Made by a program: the position numbers and the translations under genes
Assembly (NCBI GenBank): GCA_964407105.1
Contig: CAYOUG010000001.1
Location: forward strand, 164,273-228,272
Direction: 5' to 3'
From: an uncultured Candidatus Saccharibacteria bacterium
GTDB taxonomy: Bacteria > Patescibacteriota > Minisyncoccia > Phycocordibacterales > CALRHW01
Length of the DNA: 64,000 nucleotides
Notes under the pieces: model-generated
Seen by the model: the letters and a program-made list of their open reading frames with translations, nothing else
The model's database searches: none
What the model was told of the DNA's origin: nothing
Part shown: positions 49,791 through 58,547 of the stretch, piece after piece
Layout: the number at the start of each line of letters is the position of its first letter
How positions within the stretch are numbered: position 1 is the stretch's first letter

Positions 49791-49946
49791 ATTTAATTAT
49801 TTCACTTGACATTTTAGACAATGTATGATACATTTATGGGGAACTTGAAATATGGCGGTGTCAAACGATCAAAGACAGACAGTCCTTGATTTTTTTCTCG
49901 CCTTGGGTAATATATGAGACTCCCACTTTATGGGGTACTCCTTTGT

Positions 49947-50116
49947 CAATCCAAGATATAAATCTCTAAGCAACGAGGCCTTACGGCCTAGTAAGATTTC
50001 TTCAGAGGACATTCTGGTTACCACCTTGTGTGGTTTGCTGGGGTTATCCTATGTGAAATGTTTAACTTTTGGTACGAATATTAAAAGTGTTGCTTAGAGA
50101 TTTATGTCTTTGATTG
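49947..50116 (+). ncRNA. Candidate four-way-junction ncRNA
   Basis: 28-bp closing stem with three internal stems; G-U pairs favour the + strand; orphan promoter TTGACA-17-TACATT (extended TG) at 49806-49834. Confidence 0.6.
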
Positions 50117-50200
50117 TTTTAAAAACAATTCATCTCTACTAGTCTAATTATTCATAGGAAAAGAGTTTCTGCAATCTTGTAAAACAAAAAATCTGTTTCT

Positions 50201-50240
50201 TAATACAAAAAACACTCGAGCTTGAGTGTTTTTTGTATTA
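50201..50240. terminator. Bidirectional terminator overlapping the pilB stop
   Basis: Perfect 17-bp inverted repeat taatacaaaaaacactc / gagtgttttttgtatta. Confidence 0.8.
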
Positions 50241-51914
50241 TTTATCTTCTTCTAGATCTACAACACGCTGTAATTCTTCAATAGAAGTGATTCCCTGTAA
50301 TACTTTTATAATTCCATCTTGTTGCATGTCTAAAAGGTGCTGTGGAGCGGCTGCTTTTTTGATTTCTCTTTCACTTGGATTGTATTGCACCACTTTTTCT
50401 ATTTCCTCATCTGTTTTTATTGCCTCATAAACACCAATACGTCCACGATAACCAGTAAAATTACATTTATTGCATCCTTTTGCTTCCCAAATCATACTCA
50501 AATCAATACCATCAAGATACGTTTTGTCTTCTATACCTCCAATAATTTTTTCTAATATTTCTTTTTCTTTACCCTCGAGTTTTTTTTGCGCTTTGCAATC
50601 AACGCAAAGTTTTCTTACTAAGCGTTGAGCCATACAGATACTAATTGCTGATGTAATCACTTTTGGATTTACACCAAGATCGATGAGGCGAGGGAATGCT
50701 CCAGCTGCGTTGTTGGTGTGAAGTGTGGAAAACACCAAATGTCCGGTAAGCGCCGCGTTTACTGCTATTTCTGCGGTTTCGTTGTCGCGAATTTCTCCCA
50801 CCATTATGACGTCTGGGTCTTGGCGAAGCGCTGAACGCAGGCCCTCGAGAAATGTGTAGTCTTCGGTGGTTTGTGTTTGCACAATTCCCGGCAAATGATA
50901 TTCAATCGGATTTTCAATTGTAATAATTTTAATATCTGATGAATGAATTTTTTTCAGAAATGCGTAGAGTGTGGTGGTTTTTCCGGAGCCGGTTGGACCT
51001 GTGTTTAAAATCATACCGTTTGGTTTGCTGATTTCATTTTGTAATACAGAAAGAAGTCGTGGATGAATACCAAGCTCTTCTAGGGGAACAGAAATTGCTT
51101 TTGGATTAAGCACGCGCAAAACAATTGAGTCGTTATATGCGCCCGGTAAAAGGGAAGTACGAATTTCAATTTCATCTCCTTCGAGTTTGATACTAAAACG
51201 TCCATCTTGTGCTTTTCCTTTTATATTTAGTTTTAAGTTTGAAAGCAGTTTTATACGAGACAAAATGAGATTGTAGGTGTCTGTATCAAATCGAATAATA
51301 TCGGTAAGCACACCGTCGAGACGATAACGCAAACGCACATATGCTTCTTCTGGCTCAACGTGTATGTCTGAGGCTTTTTGGGCCAGTGCTCCAGCAAGAA
51401 TTGTTTCAAGAATGCGAGAAATACGGTATGCTTTTTTTTCTGCAAGACCCTCCTCTAAAAGTTTTTGAAGTTCGTCGAGCGTTGTTACTTTTTCAAGTAA
51501 GGCAATAATACCTTCGTTTGAAAGATCAAGTGCTCCACCTTTTGTTTCCATTGACATTGAAAGATCTTTGTAACGATCCCACACTTTTTTTAGACTTTCT
51601 GGTGACACAAGATAGATTATTGGGATGTATCCTTTTTCTGTGAGTGCGGCGATAGCGTTTTTTGTTTGTTCTGTACTTGGAGAAAGTACACCAACGTGAA
51701 GTTTTTTGTCTACAATATTAAAAACTGCTATTTGTGCGGCGATAGCATCTTCTTCTTTTAGAACACGAAGAGCGTCTATGTTTACTGGCACAAGCGCAAG
51801 ATCAAGATAAGGGAGTTCATATTTTTCTGAAAGTACTTCGGTGAGATTTTCTGCTTCGTGACGCTTAAGTTCTTCTAGTCGTTCGTTTTGTTTTTCTTCA
51901 TTAAATTGAACCAT
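50238..51914 (-). CDS. pilB: PilB/GspE type IV pilus assembly ATPase
   Basis: ASDIH, GPTGSGKTTT, LRQDPD..MVGEIRD, TGHLVFSTLHTN and tetra-Cys motifs. Confidence 0.9.
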   Translation of the reverse strand: MVQFNEEKQNERLEELKRHEAENLTEVLSEKYELPYLDLALVPVNIDALRVLKEEDAIAAQIAVFNIVDKKLHVGVLSPSTEQTKNAIAALTEKGYIPIIYLVSPESLKKVWDRYKDLSMSMETKGGALDLSNEGIIALLEKVTTLDELQKLLEEGLAEKKAYRISRILETILAGALAQKASDIHVEPEEAYVRLRYRLDGVLTDIIRFDTDTYNLILSRIKLLSNLKLNIKGKAQDGRFSIKLEGDEIEIRTSLLPGAYNDSIVLRVLNPKAISVPLEELGIHPRLLSVLQNEISKPNGMILNTGPTGSGKTTTLYAFLKKIHSSDIKIITIENPIEYHLPGIVQTQTTEDYTFLEGLRSALRQDPDVIMVGEIRDNETAEIAVNAALTGHLVFSTLHTNNAAGAFPRLIDLGVNPKVITSAISICMAQRLVRKLCVDCKAQKKLEGKEKEILEKIIGGIEDKTYLDGIDLSMIWEAKGCNKCNFTGYRGRIGVYEAIKTDEEIEKVVQYNPSEREIKKAAAPQHLLDMQQDGIIKVLQGITSIEELQRVVDLEEDK

Positions 51915-52097
51915 GGTGTATTTATACTAACATTTTCGGTGAGTGTTACACACGTGTGGTGTGGAAAGGTTTTGCTTTTAAGGTAGTATTTATTAGCTAG
52001 TATTGACTTTTATTCTTCATTGTGCTATAATAGAAAAGGATGAAGTGAGGAATGTTTCCTGCTTCAAATACAGAAATTCCGCCCAAAGGAGGGCATC

Positions 52098-52430
52098 ATG
52101 ACAACTCGATCGAACATTATCAAACTCGCAGTTCTCACCTTCGTCGCGATGCTCCTCGGTGGAGCGTTTGGCGGATGTGGTCCTCAACGGACCACGTCGA
52201 TTGAGACTGTGGTTAACCCCGACGGTTCAACCACGGTCCACAAGTACAAGACGGTTGTCGAGGGAGGGAGCGGAATGTTCGCCCCCGTCCACATCAACCG
52301 ATACTCGTCCCCCGGATATGTTCGGGGGCGATACGTGGAATGGGGTACGGAGAATCGCGGGGTTGCTTATCACAGCTTCGGGCTCAACGAGCCCCACAAG
52401 CACGTGTATGGCAACAACTGCAACAAGTGA
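52098..52430 (+). CDS. Small predicted lipoprotein, accessory cassette
   Basis: Lipobox-like FGG-C; SD GGAGG; promoter TTGACT-17-TATAAT; terminator near 52461-52498. Confidence 0.7.
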   Translation: MTTRSNIIKLAVLTFVAMLLGGAFGGCGPQRTTSIETVVNPDGSTTVHKYKTVVEGGSGMFAPVHINRYSSPGYVRGRYVEWGTENRGVAYHSFGLNEPHKHVYGNNCNK

Positions 52431-52627
52431 ATGATGAAGTGTATACCACAACATCATCACAACGCGCGCTTAACCTTTCGAGGTTTGGCGCGTTTTTTCT
52501 TGTGTGTATACGTATTTTTTTTAATAATTTAAATATTGACTGTCGATATAATTTATGTTAGTATTGTGGAAGATTAAACAGCAGAAATTTTTTCAGCTGT
52601 TTCCGCAAAGCCAACAGAAAGGAAGTT

Positions 52628-53020
52628 ATGAAGCTCTTTGGAATTGTTGCTGCGGCGATGGTTGCAGCTGTGTCATGTGGTGCGTTGGCTGAGACGATTA
52701 CGCGTACCGAGTACGCTGGTGGGCCGGTCATGACGTACACCAACGGTGTGCTCACGCATGTCAACGGTATGAGTGTGCCACCACCCGCACCTCCGCCAGC
52801 CCCCGTTGTGCAGACGCAGGTTGTGGTGGTGCAACAGTATGCCCCGCCTCCGCAGGTGGTGTGTGTCGAACGGCCACGCGTGGTCTTTCGGTACTACCAC
52901 CAGCCGACGTACTGCGCACCGGTGGTGCATGTGCGTTCGTGTGAATCACGGGTGAATGTTGGCCTTTCAGTCGGCATTCGTTTCGGTGGTGGACACGATC
53001 ACTTTCACCCTTGCCGCTAG
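52628..53020 (+). CDS. Secreted Pro/Val-rich small protein, accessory cassette
   Basis: Signal peptide ending ALA; PPPAPPPAPVV; SD agaaagga; own promoter; terminator at 53047-53083. Confidence 0.7.
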   Translation: MKLFGIVAAAMVAAVSCGALAETITRTEYAGGPVMTYTNGVLTHVNGMSVPPPAPPPAPVVQTQVVVVQQYAPPPQVVCVERPRVVFRYYHQPTYCAPVVHVRSCESRVNVGLSVGIRFGGGHDHFHPCR

Positions 53021-53094
53021 ACGTTTGCATCTCTCTTGGGGTGCGCACGCGTCAGATCTTTATGGTCTGACGCGTTTTCTTTTACAAAATTTGT

Positions 53095-53169
53095 TGTAAC
53101 CCCCCACCCAACACTCTCTCACTAAAGCGCTTCGCTAACCCGTTCGAGAGTGTTGGGTGGGGGGTTACA
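53095..53169 (+). repeat. Palindromic element family C, copy 2
   Basis: Perfect 24-bp arms around tcactaaagcgcttcgctaacccgttc. Confidence 0.8.
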
Positions 53170-53229
53170 CCCTTGATGAAAGATTGTTTTGTGTGGGTTT
53201 TAGGCGACCAGCTGTGCTACTATAGTCGC

Positions 53230-53703
53230 ATGATTACTACCACAAGTCTGACAGAAACATACGTGGTTGCGGCGGATTTTGTACAAAAAATTATCAAAAT
53301 TCCCCAACAAATTTCTGATAATAATTCTTTATCTAATGCTATTGTTGTTGGTTTTTATGGAGATTTAGGTGCAGGAAAAACAGCTTTCATACAAGGTATA
53401 GCAAAAGCGTTGGGTGTAGAATCTCAGGTGGTGAGTCCTACGTTTGTGTTAGAAAAAATATATAAACTTAATGCGAGTATGCAGGAAAGATTTACACACC
53501 TTGTGCACATTGATGCGTATCGTATGGATGATCCAAAAGAACTTGTGCATATTGGCTGGCACGATCTTCTTAAAGATTCGCGAAACCTTATTTGTATTGA
53601 ATGGCCAGAACGTGTTGCATCAGAAATGCCACAAAATCATATTCACATCACTTGTGGTTTCGTTGACGACACAACTCATACTTACGATATTCAATTATCA
53701 TGA
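53230..53703 (+). CDS. tsaE: t6A biosynthesis ATPase TsaE
   Basis: GDLGAGKT, V.SPTF, HIDAYR and IEWPE motifs. Confidence 0.95.
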   Translation: MITTTSLTETYVVAADFVQKIIKIPQQISDNNSLSNAIVVGFYGDLGAGKTAFIQGIAKALGVESQVVSPTFVLEKIYKLNASMQERFTHLVHIDAYRMDDPKELVHIGWHDLLKDSRNLICIEWPERVASEMPQNHIHITCGFVDDTTHTYDIQLS

Positions 53704-56240
53704 CTTCTGCTATACAAAAAGAAAAAACGAAAACCCGCATCAGTGGTGAACAAAAAAAAGTTGTACTACTCGATGTGCATGCAATAATTCATCGCGCTTA
53801 TCATGCGTTGCCTGATTTTTCATCTGCGAAAGGTGAGCCCACTGGTGCGCTTTATGGTTTGTGCACAATGCTTCTAAAAATCGCAGGTGAACTTTCTCCA
53901 GATTATGTAGTGGCGTGTTATGATCTTCCAGAAAAAACACATCGACACGAAGTGTACGAAGCGTACAAAGGTACACGTAAGAAAATTGACGATGCGCTTA
54001 TTGCGCAGATTATACGTTCTCGAGATATTTTTACAGCGTTTAATATTCCTATCTATGCATGTCCGGGTTTTGAAGCAGATGATGTGCTTGGTACTATTGC
54101 AGAACATTTAAAAAAGGGGGACGCAACGGTGGGTGATGATAAAAAAGTTGATGTTAATGTAAGTGTGATTATTGCTTCTGGTGATATGGATACGCTTCAG
54201 CTTGTTGATGATAAAAAAGTGCAAGTTTACACTTTGCGAAAAGGAATTAAAGACACGGTGCTTTATGACGAAGAGGCGGTGTGTGAGCGTTTTGGTTTTG
54301 CGCCAATACTTTTGCCAGATTTTAAAGGACTTCGTGGAGACCCCTCAGATAATATTATTGGCATCAAAGGTATTGGAGAAAAAACCGCGACAACACTTAT
54401 TACAACATTTGGCTCGATAGAAAAAATGTATGAGGCGCTTGCTAAAGGTGATGCGTCATTTAAAGAAGCTGGAATTACTCCGAGAATTATTGATTTGTTG
54501 CGAGCAGGAAAAGAAGAGGCGATGTTTTCAAAAACACTTGCAACGATTCGTCGTGATGCACCGATAGATTTTTCTTTGCCAGAACAAACATGGAAAGAAT
54601 CGCTCTCGCAAAATGGCTCACATATTGCGATACTCAGTGCTCTTTTTGCAGAACTAGATTTTCGTTCAATGATGGGTCGTGTGGAAGAAGTGTTGCTTGG
54701 GAAAAAGCCTCTCAAGCAGAGCAGTTTGCTTGGTGTGGACAATGAGAGTGGATTGGGTGCGGCGGGAGCGGCAGAGGGCGTGGGCGTAAGCGCGGGCACG
54801 GTAGCGCTCCCGCCGCATGAACAAAAGCTTCTTTCTCTTGCCCTGTGGATTATTGATTCAAATATTTCAAATCCCACAACAGAAGATATTTTGCGCTTTG
54901 CACACACCGACTCACTCGTTGTCGCACAAAAAATGATTTTCTCCGAACTTGAAAAACGCGGTCTTTTGAAAGTATTTAAAGAAATTGAAGAGCCGCTCAT
55001 TGCCGTGATAGATGGAATGCAAACTCGAGGGATAAAAGTAGATACGAAATATTTAAAAACACTTTCGCAGGAGTATCATGCACGTCTCAAAGATCTTGAG
55101 AAAAATATTTACAAAGAAGCGGGAGGGGAGTTTAATATCAACTCACCAAAACAAATGGGCGAGATTCTTTTCGATAAACTCGGCCTCTCTGTGAAAGGAC
55201 AAAAGAAAACTGCGGGCGGTGCAAAATCTACGCGCGAAAGTGAGCTTGAAAAAATGATTGATATTCATCCAATCATCAAACACATTCTCACATATCGGAT
55301 GCTTCAAAAACTCGTTTCTACATACATCGACACGTTACCCACAATGCTTGCGGAAGACGGACGCCTACACACCACCTTTGAACAAACAGGCACCACCACC
55401 GGCCGTATGTCTTCCAACAATCCCAACCTTCAAAATATTCCTATCAAAACAGAAGAAGGTCGTCGCATCCGAAATGCTTTTGTAAGCGAGCGAGGTTTCA
55501 AACTCGTCACCTTCGACTATTCTCAAATCGAACTTCGCATCGCAGCATTTCTTTCTGGCGATCAAAAACTAATTGAAATTTTTACATCCGGCGGAGACAT
55601 TCATGAAGCGGTGGCGTCGCAAGTGTTTGGTGTACCGCGCGAAAAAGTGGATAGGGAAATGCGCCGCAGGGCGAAAGTTATCAACTTCGGCATTCTTTAT
55701 GGTATGGGAGTAAATGCTTTGCGTGCAAATTTAAGTGAAGGCGTAGCAAAGGGTTCTGAAGTTTCCCGCGAAGAAGCGCAGCGTTTTTTTGACGAATATT
55801 TTAATACATTCACCGGTCTCGCACAGTATTTAGAAAATGTAAAAGCGAGCGCAAAAAAGACCGGCTACACAGAAACATTTTTCGGTCGTCGTAGATATTT
55901 TCCGCAGATAAAATCTAAGCTTCCATACATTGTGGCGGCAAATGAGCGCATGGCTATCAACGCTCCGATACAAGGCACAGCAGCGGATGTGATCAAGCTT
56001 TCTATGATTCACATTCACGACTACATTAAAAAAGAAGGTTTGGAGAACGATGTGTTTCTCTTGCTTCAGGTGCACGATGAACTTGTGTTTGAAATTCGTG
56101 AAGATGCTGTGAAAAAAGTGTTGCCGGAGCTTGAGCGTATTATGCAAAGCGTGCTTACTCCTACGCAAATGCGTGGCGTGCCTTTAAAAGTAAATGGTAA
56201 ATTGGGGGACAATTGGGGCGAGACTGAAGAGATCAAATAA
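53700..56240 (+). CDS. polA: DNA polymerase I
   Basis: 5'-3' exonuclease (EADD, GD.SDNI.G), DYSQIELR, K..NFG..YG and QVHDEL motifs. Confidence 0.96.
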   Translation: MTSAIQKEKTKTRISGEQKKVVLLDVHAIIHRAYHALPDFSSAKGEPTGALYGLCTMLLKIAGELSPDYVVACYDLPEKTHRHEVYEAYKGTRKKIDDALIAQIIRSRDIFTAFNIPIYACPGFEADDVLGTIAEHLKKGDATVGDDKKVDVNVSVIIASGDMDTLQLVDDKKVQVYTLRKGIKDTVLYDEEAVCERFGFAPILLPDFKGLRGDPSDNIIGIKGIGEKTATTLITTFGSIEKMYEALAKGDASFKEAGITPRIIDLLRAGKEEAMFSKTLATIRRDAPIDFSLPEQTWKESLSQNGSHIAILSALFAELDFRSMMGRVEEVLLGKKPLKQSSLLGVDNESGLGAAGAAEGVGVSAGTVALPPHEQKLLSLALWIIDSNISNPTTEDILRFAHTDSLVVAQKMIFSELEKRGLLKVFKEIEEPLIAVIDGMQTRGIKVDTKYLKTLSQEYHARLKDLEKNIYKEAGGEFNINSPKQMGEILFDKLGLSVKGQKKTAGGAKSTRESELEKMIDIHPIIKHILTYRMLQKLVSTYIDTLPTMLAEDGRLHTTFEQTGTTTGRMSSNNPNLQNIPIKTEEGRRIRNAFVSERGFKLVTFDYSQIELRIAAFLSGDQKLIEIFTSGGDIHEAVASQVFGVPREKVDREMRRRAKVINFGILYGMGVNALRANLSEGVAKGSEVSREEAQRFFDEYFNTFTGLAQYLENVKASAKKTGYTETFFGRRRYFPQIKSKLPYIVAANERMAINAPIQGTAADVIKLSMIHIHDYIKKEGLENDVFLLLQVHDELVFEIREDAVKKVLPELERIMQSVLTPTQMRGVPLKVNGKLGDNWGETEEIK

Positions 56241-56256
56241 TTTTTACACAATATTT

Positions 56257-56976
56257 ATGCTCTACTTTCTCTACGGCACAGATTCAAAAAAAGCTCGCAA
56301 CAAACTTCACGAGCTGCTCGAAACGCTTCAAAAGAAAAAACCGGATGCGAGCGTTTTTCGTATAGAAGCAGAGCAGTGGAACGCGGCACAATTTGAAGAA
56401 TTGCTCAGCGGACAAGGACTTTTTTCAAACAAATATATTGTGGTACTTGATCGCGTGTTTGAAAATACGGAAGCAAAAGAATATATTGTAGACTCTCTAA
56501 AAAAAGTTGCGGAGTCTGACAATGTTTTTATTTTTATTGAAGGTAAGATAGACGTCGCGACGCTCAAGAAGATCGAAAAGCATGCACAGAAAACGCAGGA
56601 ATTTGAAGAGAAAAAAAATGCGCCAGCCGCGCAAGCATTTAATATGTTTTCTCTCACCGATGCGTTTGGTACGCGCGATAAAAAAAAGTTGTGGGTGCTT
56701 TATCAGCAGGCAATTGCTTCGGGTGCACAGCCAGAAGAAATTCACGGCATTTTATTTTGGCAACTCAAAAGTATGATCGTGGCATCGGAAGCGGGGAGTG
56801 CTGAAGCTGCGGGCCTGAAGCCCTTTGTGTATCAAAAGTCGCGCGGGTTTGCTGCAAAATTTTCTCCTGCCGAACTACGCTCTATGTCCAGTGCTTTCAT
56901 CGACATCTACCACAACGCTCGCCGCGGAATATGTGACATGGACATTGCGCTTGAGAAGTTTGTGTTGGGGTTATAG
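56257..56976 (+). CDS. DNA polymerase III delta subunit-like (short HolA)
   Basis: YFLYG, GLFS.K..VV, F.LTDA...RD, ALEKFVL; follows polA. Confidence 0.65.
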   Translation: MLYFLYGTDSKKARNKLHELLETLQKKKPDASVFRIEAEQWNAAQFEELLSGQGLFSNKYIVVLDRVFENTEAKEYIVDSLKKVAESDNVFIFIEGKIDVATLKKIEKHAQKTQEFEEKKNAPAAQAFNMFSLTDAFGTRDKKKLWVLYQQAIASGAQPEEIHGILFWQLKSMIVASEAGSAEAAGLKPFVYQKSRGFAAKFSPAELRSMSSAFIDIYHNARRGICDMDIALEKFVLGL

Positions 56977-57082
56977 GACAATTTGAAATTACGTATTGTT
57001 GACTTATTTCTACCTCATGTTACCATCTTTGCTTGACGTGTTTTTGTGTTCGGGGGTTCATTTAACATCTTGGGAGTCTAGA

Positions 57083-57400
57083 ATGCTTAGCTTGGTGATC
57101 GAAGTGAGTCATGAATTGTTTCTTCGCGTCGAGGAACTGACGAATGCTGTGGTGAGGGCGGTCGTTGAGGCAACCGGAATCAACGCCGCCGATCTGTGGT
57201 TTTTTGTGAAGGGACCACCTGAACAAGATCTGGCTCCAAATGGGGTCATGATCAAGACGAGCGGTTGGTCGCAACAAACAGATTGGCTACAACAGCTTGA
57301 AAGAGCTGTCACGAACGCAATCAGCGGGATGGGCTTTCAACCGCAAAGGGTTGCGATGTGTCATTCGGTGGCATTGCGAAGCACGCTTTTTTCCCACTGA
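57083..57400 (+). CDS. Hypothetical protein, accessory cassette (possible tautomerase-like fold)
   Basis: SD gggag; two beta-alpha-beta units (LTNAVVRAV..ATG / LERAVTNAISG.G). Confidence 0.6.
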   Translation: MLSLVIEVSHELFLRVEELTNAVVRAVVEATGINAADLWFFVKGPPEQDLAPNGVMIKTSGWSQQTDWLQQLERAVTNAISGMGFQPQRVAMCHSVALRSTLFSH

Positions 57401-57511
57401 ATCGATCCGATGATCAAAAAACAAAAAACGTCCCGCCCGCAGAAGTCGCACGACTCTCGGGCGGCTTTTGTTTTGTAAATTAAAAAACTGCTAAAAGCAG
57501 TTTTTTTCTAG

Positions 57512-57584
57512 TCCGCCCACCAGGACTCGAACCTGGGACCAAGTGCTTAAAAGGCACCTGCTCTACCAACTGAGCTATAGGCGG
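57512..57584 (-). tRNA. tRNA-Lys(TTT)
   Basis: AGCTCAGTTGGTAGAGC D-arm; anticodon loop CTTTTAA; GGTTCGAGTCC T-arm. Confidence 0.95.
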
Positions 57585-57626
57585 ATATCAAGAAAATATA
57601 CCAGAATTGGGTTAAAAGTCTATATC

Positions 57627-57992
57627 TTACAGAGGAATATCCATTGCAAAACCACCAGCGCCAGAAAAAAGAAGAGAGCAAGCAATAATTATTGTAAAAA
57701 TCGCAAGCCATTTTTCGTCGACACTGAGCGTGTCTTTGTGTGTTATTTTTTGCCACAACATGAATACCGTTAATACCATAACAACAAGCGACGCTATTTG
57801 TGTGTAAAATCCAACAATTATCATTATTCCGACAATTACAAAAATCCCAGCAATTGCGCGTTGTTTTTTGTTGTCTGTTTTTTTATATACAAACTGATAT
57901 GTGTTTATTAAAAAAATACCAAGTATTACGCGCAACAAAAGAGGGGACAAAAAGGCGCCGAGAAAAAATAGGTCTGGAAATGGATTAAGCAT
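57627..57992 (-). CDS. DoxX-like membrane protein
   Basis: LLLRVILG, G...IVGFYTQ.A and GAG.FA.D motifs. Confidence 0.75.
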   Translation of the reverse strand: MLNPFPDLFFLGAFLSPLLLRVILGIFLINTYQFVYKKTDNKKQRAIAGIFVIVGIMIIVGFYTQIASLVVMVLTVFMLWQKITHKDTLSVDEKWLAIFTIIIACSLLFSGAGGFAMDIPL

Positions 57993-58044
57993 GCACGTAG
58001 TATATCAGCCTGTGAAAATTATGAAAATAGTGTATGGTGTGAGC

Positions 58045-58545
58045 ATGAAAAAAACAGTGAAAAATAAAACGCCAGTATATGTAATTCTCCACAATATTCG
58101 CAGTATCCATAATGTCGGTTCTGTTTTTCGCACAGCTGATGCGGCAGGAGTTTTAAAAATATTTCTTACAGGATATACACCTACACCACATGATCGTTTT
58201 GGTCGTATCAGAAAAGATCTTGCAAAAGTGGCTCTTGGTGCAGAAAATTCTGTGGAATGGGAATATGTGAAAAATCCAACAACACTTTTAAAGCGACTTA
58301 AGAAAGAAAAAATTCAGATTATTGCCGTGGAACAAAGTTCGCATGCAATAAATTACAAAAAAGTAAAAATAGATAATGGCGCCGGCGCGACCGCGTTTTT
58401 GTATGGAAACGAGGTCTCCGGTGTCGTGCCGGCGCTCCTCTCTCTGTGTGACACAATTGCCGAAATTCCAATGTTGGGCAAAAAAGAATCGCTTAATGTT
58501 TCTGTTGCAGTTGGTGTTACACTTTTTGGAATACTAGATCTTTAG
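58045..58545 (+). CDS. TrmH/SpoU family RNA methyltransferase
   Basis: NIRS.HNVGSVFRTAD, GNE..G and IPM.G.KESLNVSVA motifs. Confidence 0.93.
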   Translation: MKKTVKNKTPVYVILHNIRSIHNVGSVFRTADAAGVLKIFLTGYTPTPHDRFGRIRKDLAKVALGAENSVEWEYVKNPTTLLKRLKKEKIQIIAVEQSSHAINYKKVKIDNGAGATAFLYGNEVSGVVPALLSLCDTIAEIPMLGKKESLNVSVAVGVTLFGILDL

Positions 58546-58547
58546 TT

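Noticed and set aside
49947-50116. Retron msr-msd, 5S rRNA or SRP RNA
   Set aside because: No reverse transcriptase in the window; the 5S (CCGAAC, AGUA) and SRP (CAGG-GNRA-AGCA) arrangements are not found on either strand
54263-55000. Long antisense ORFs (also 4096-4662, 10705-11259, 33771-34316)
   Set aside because: Shadow frames of well-supported genes with no recognisable motifs
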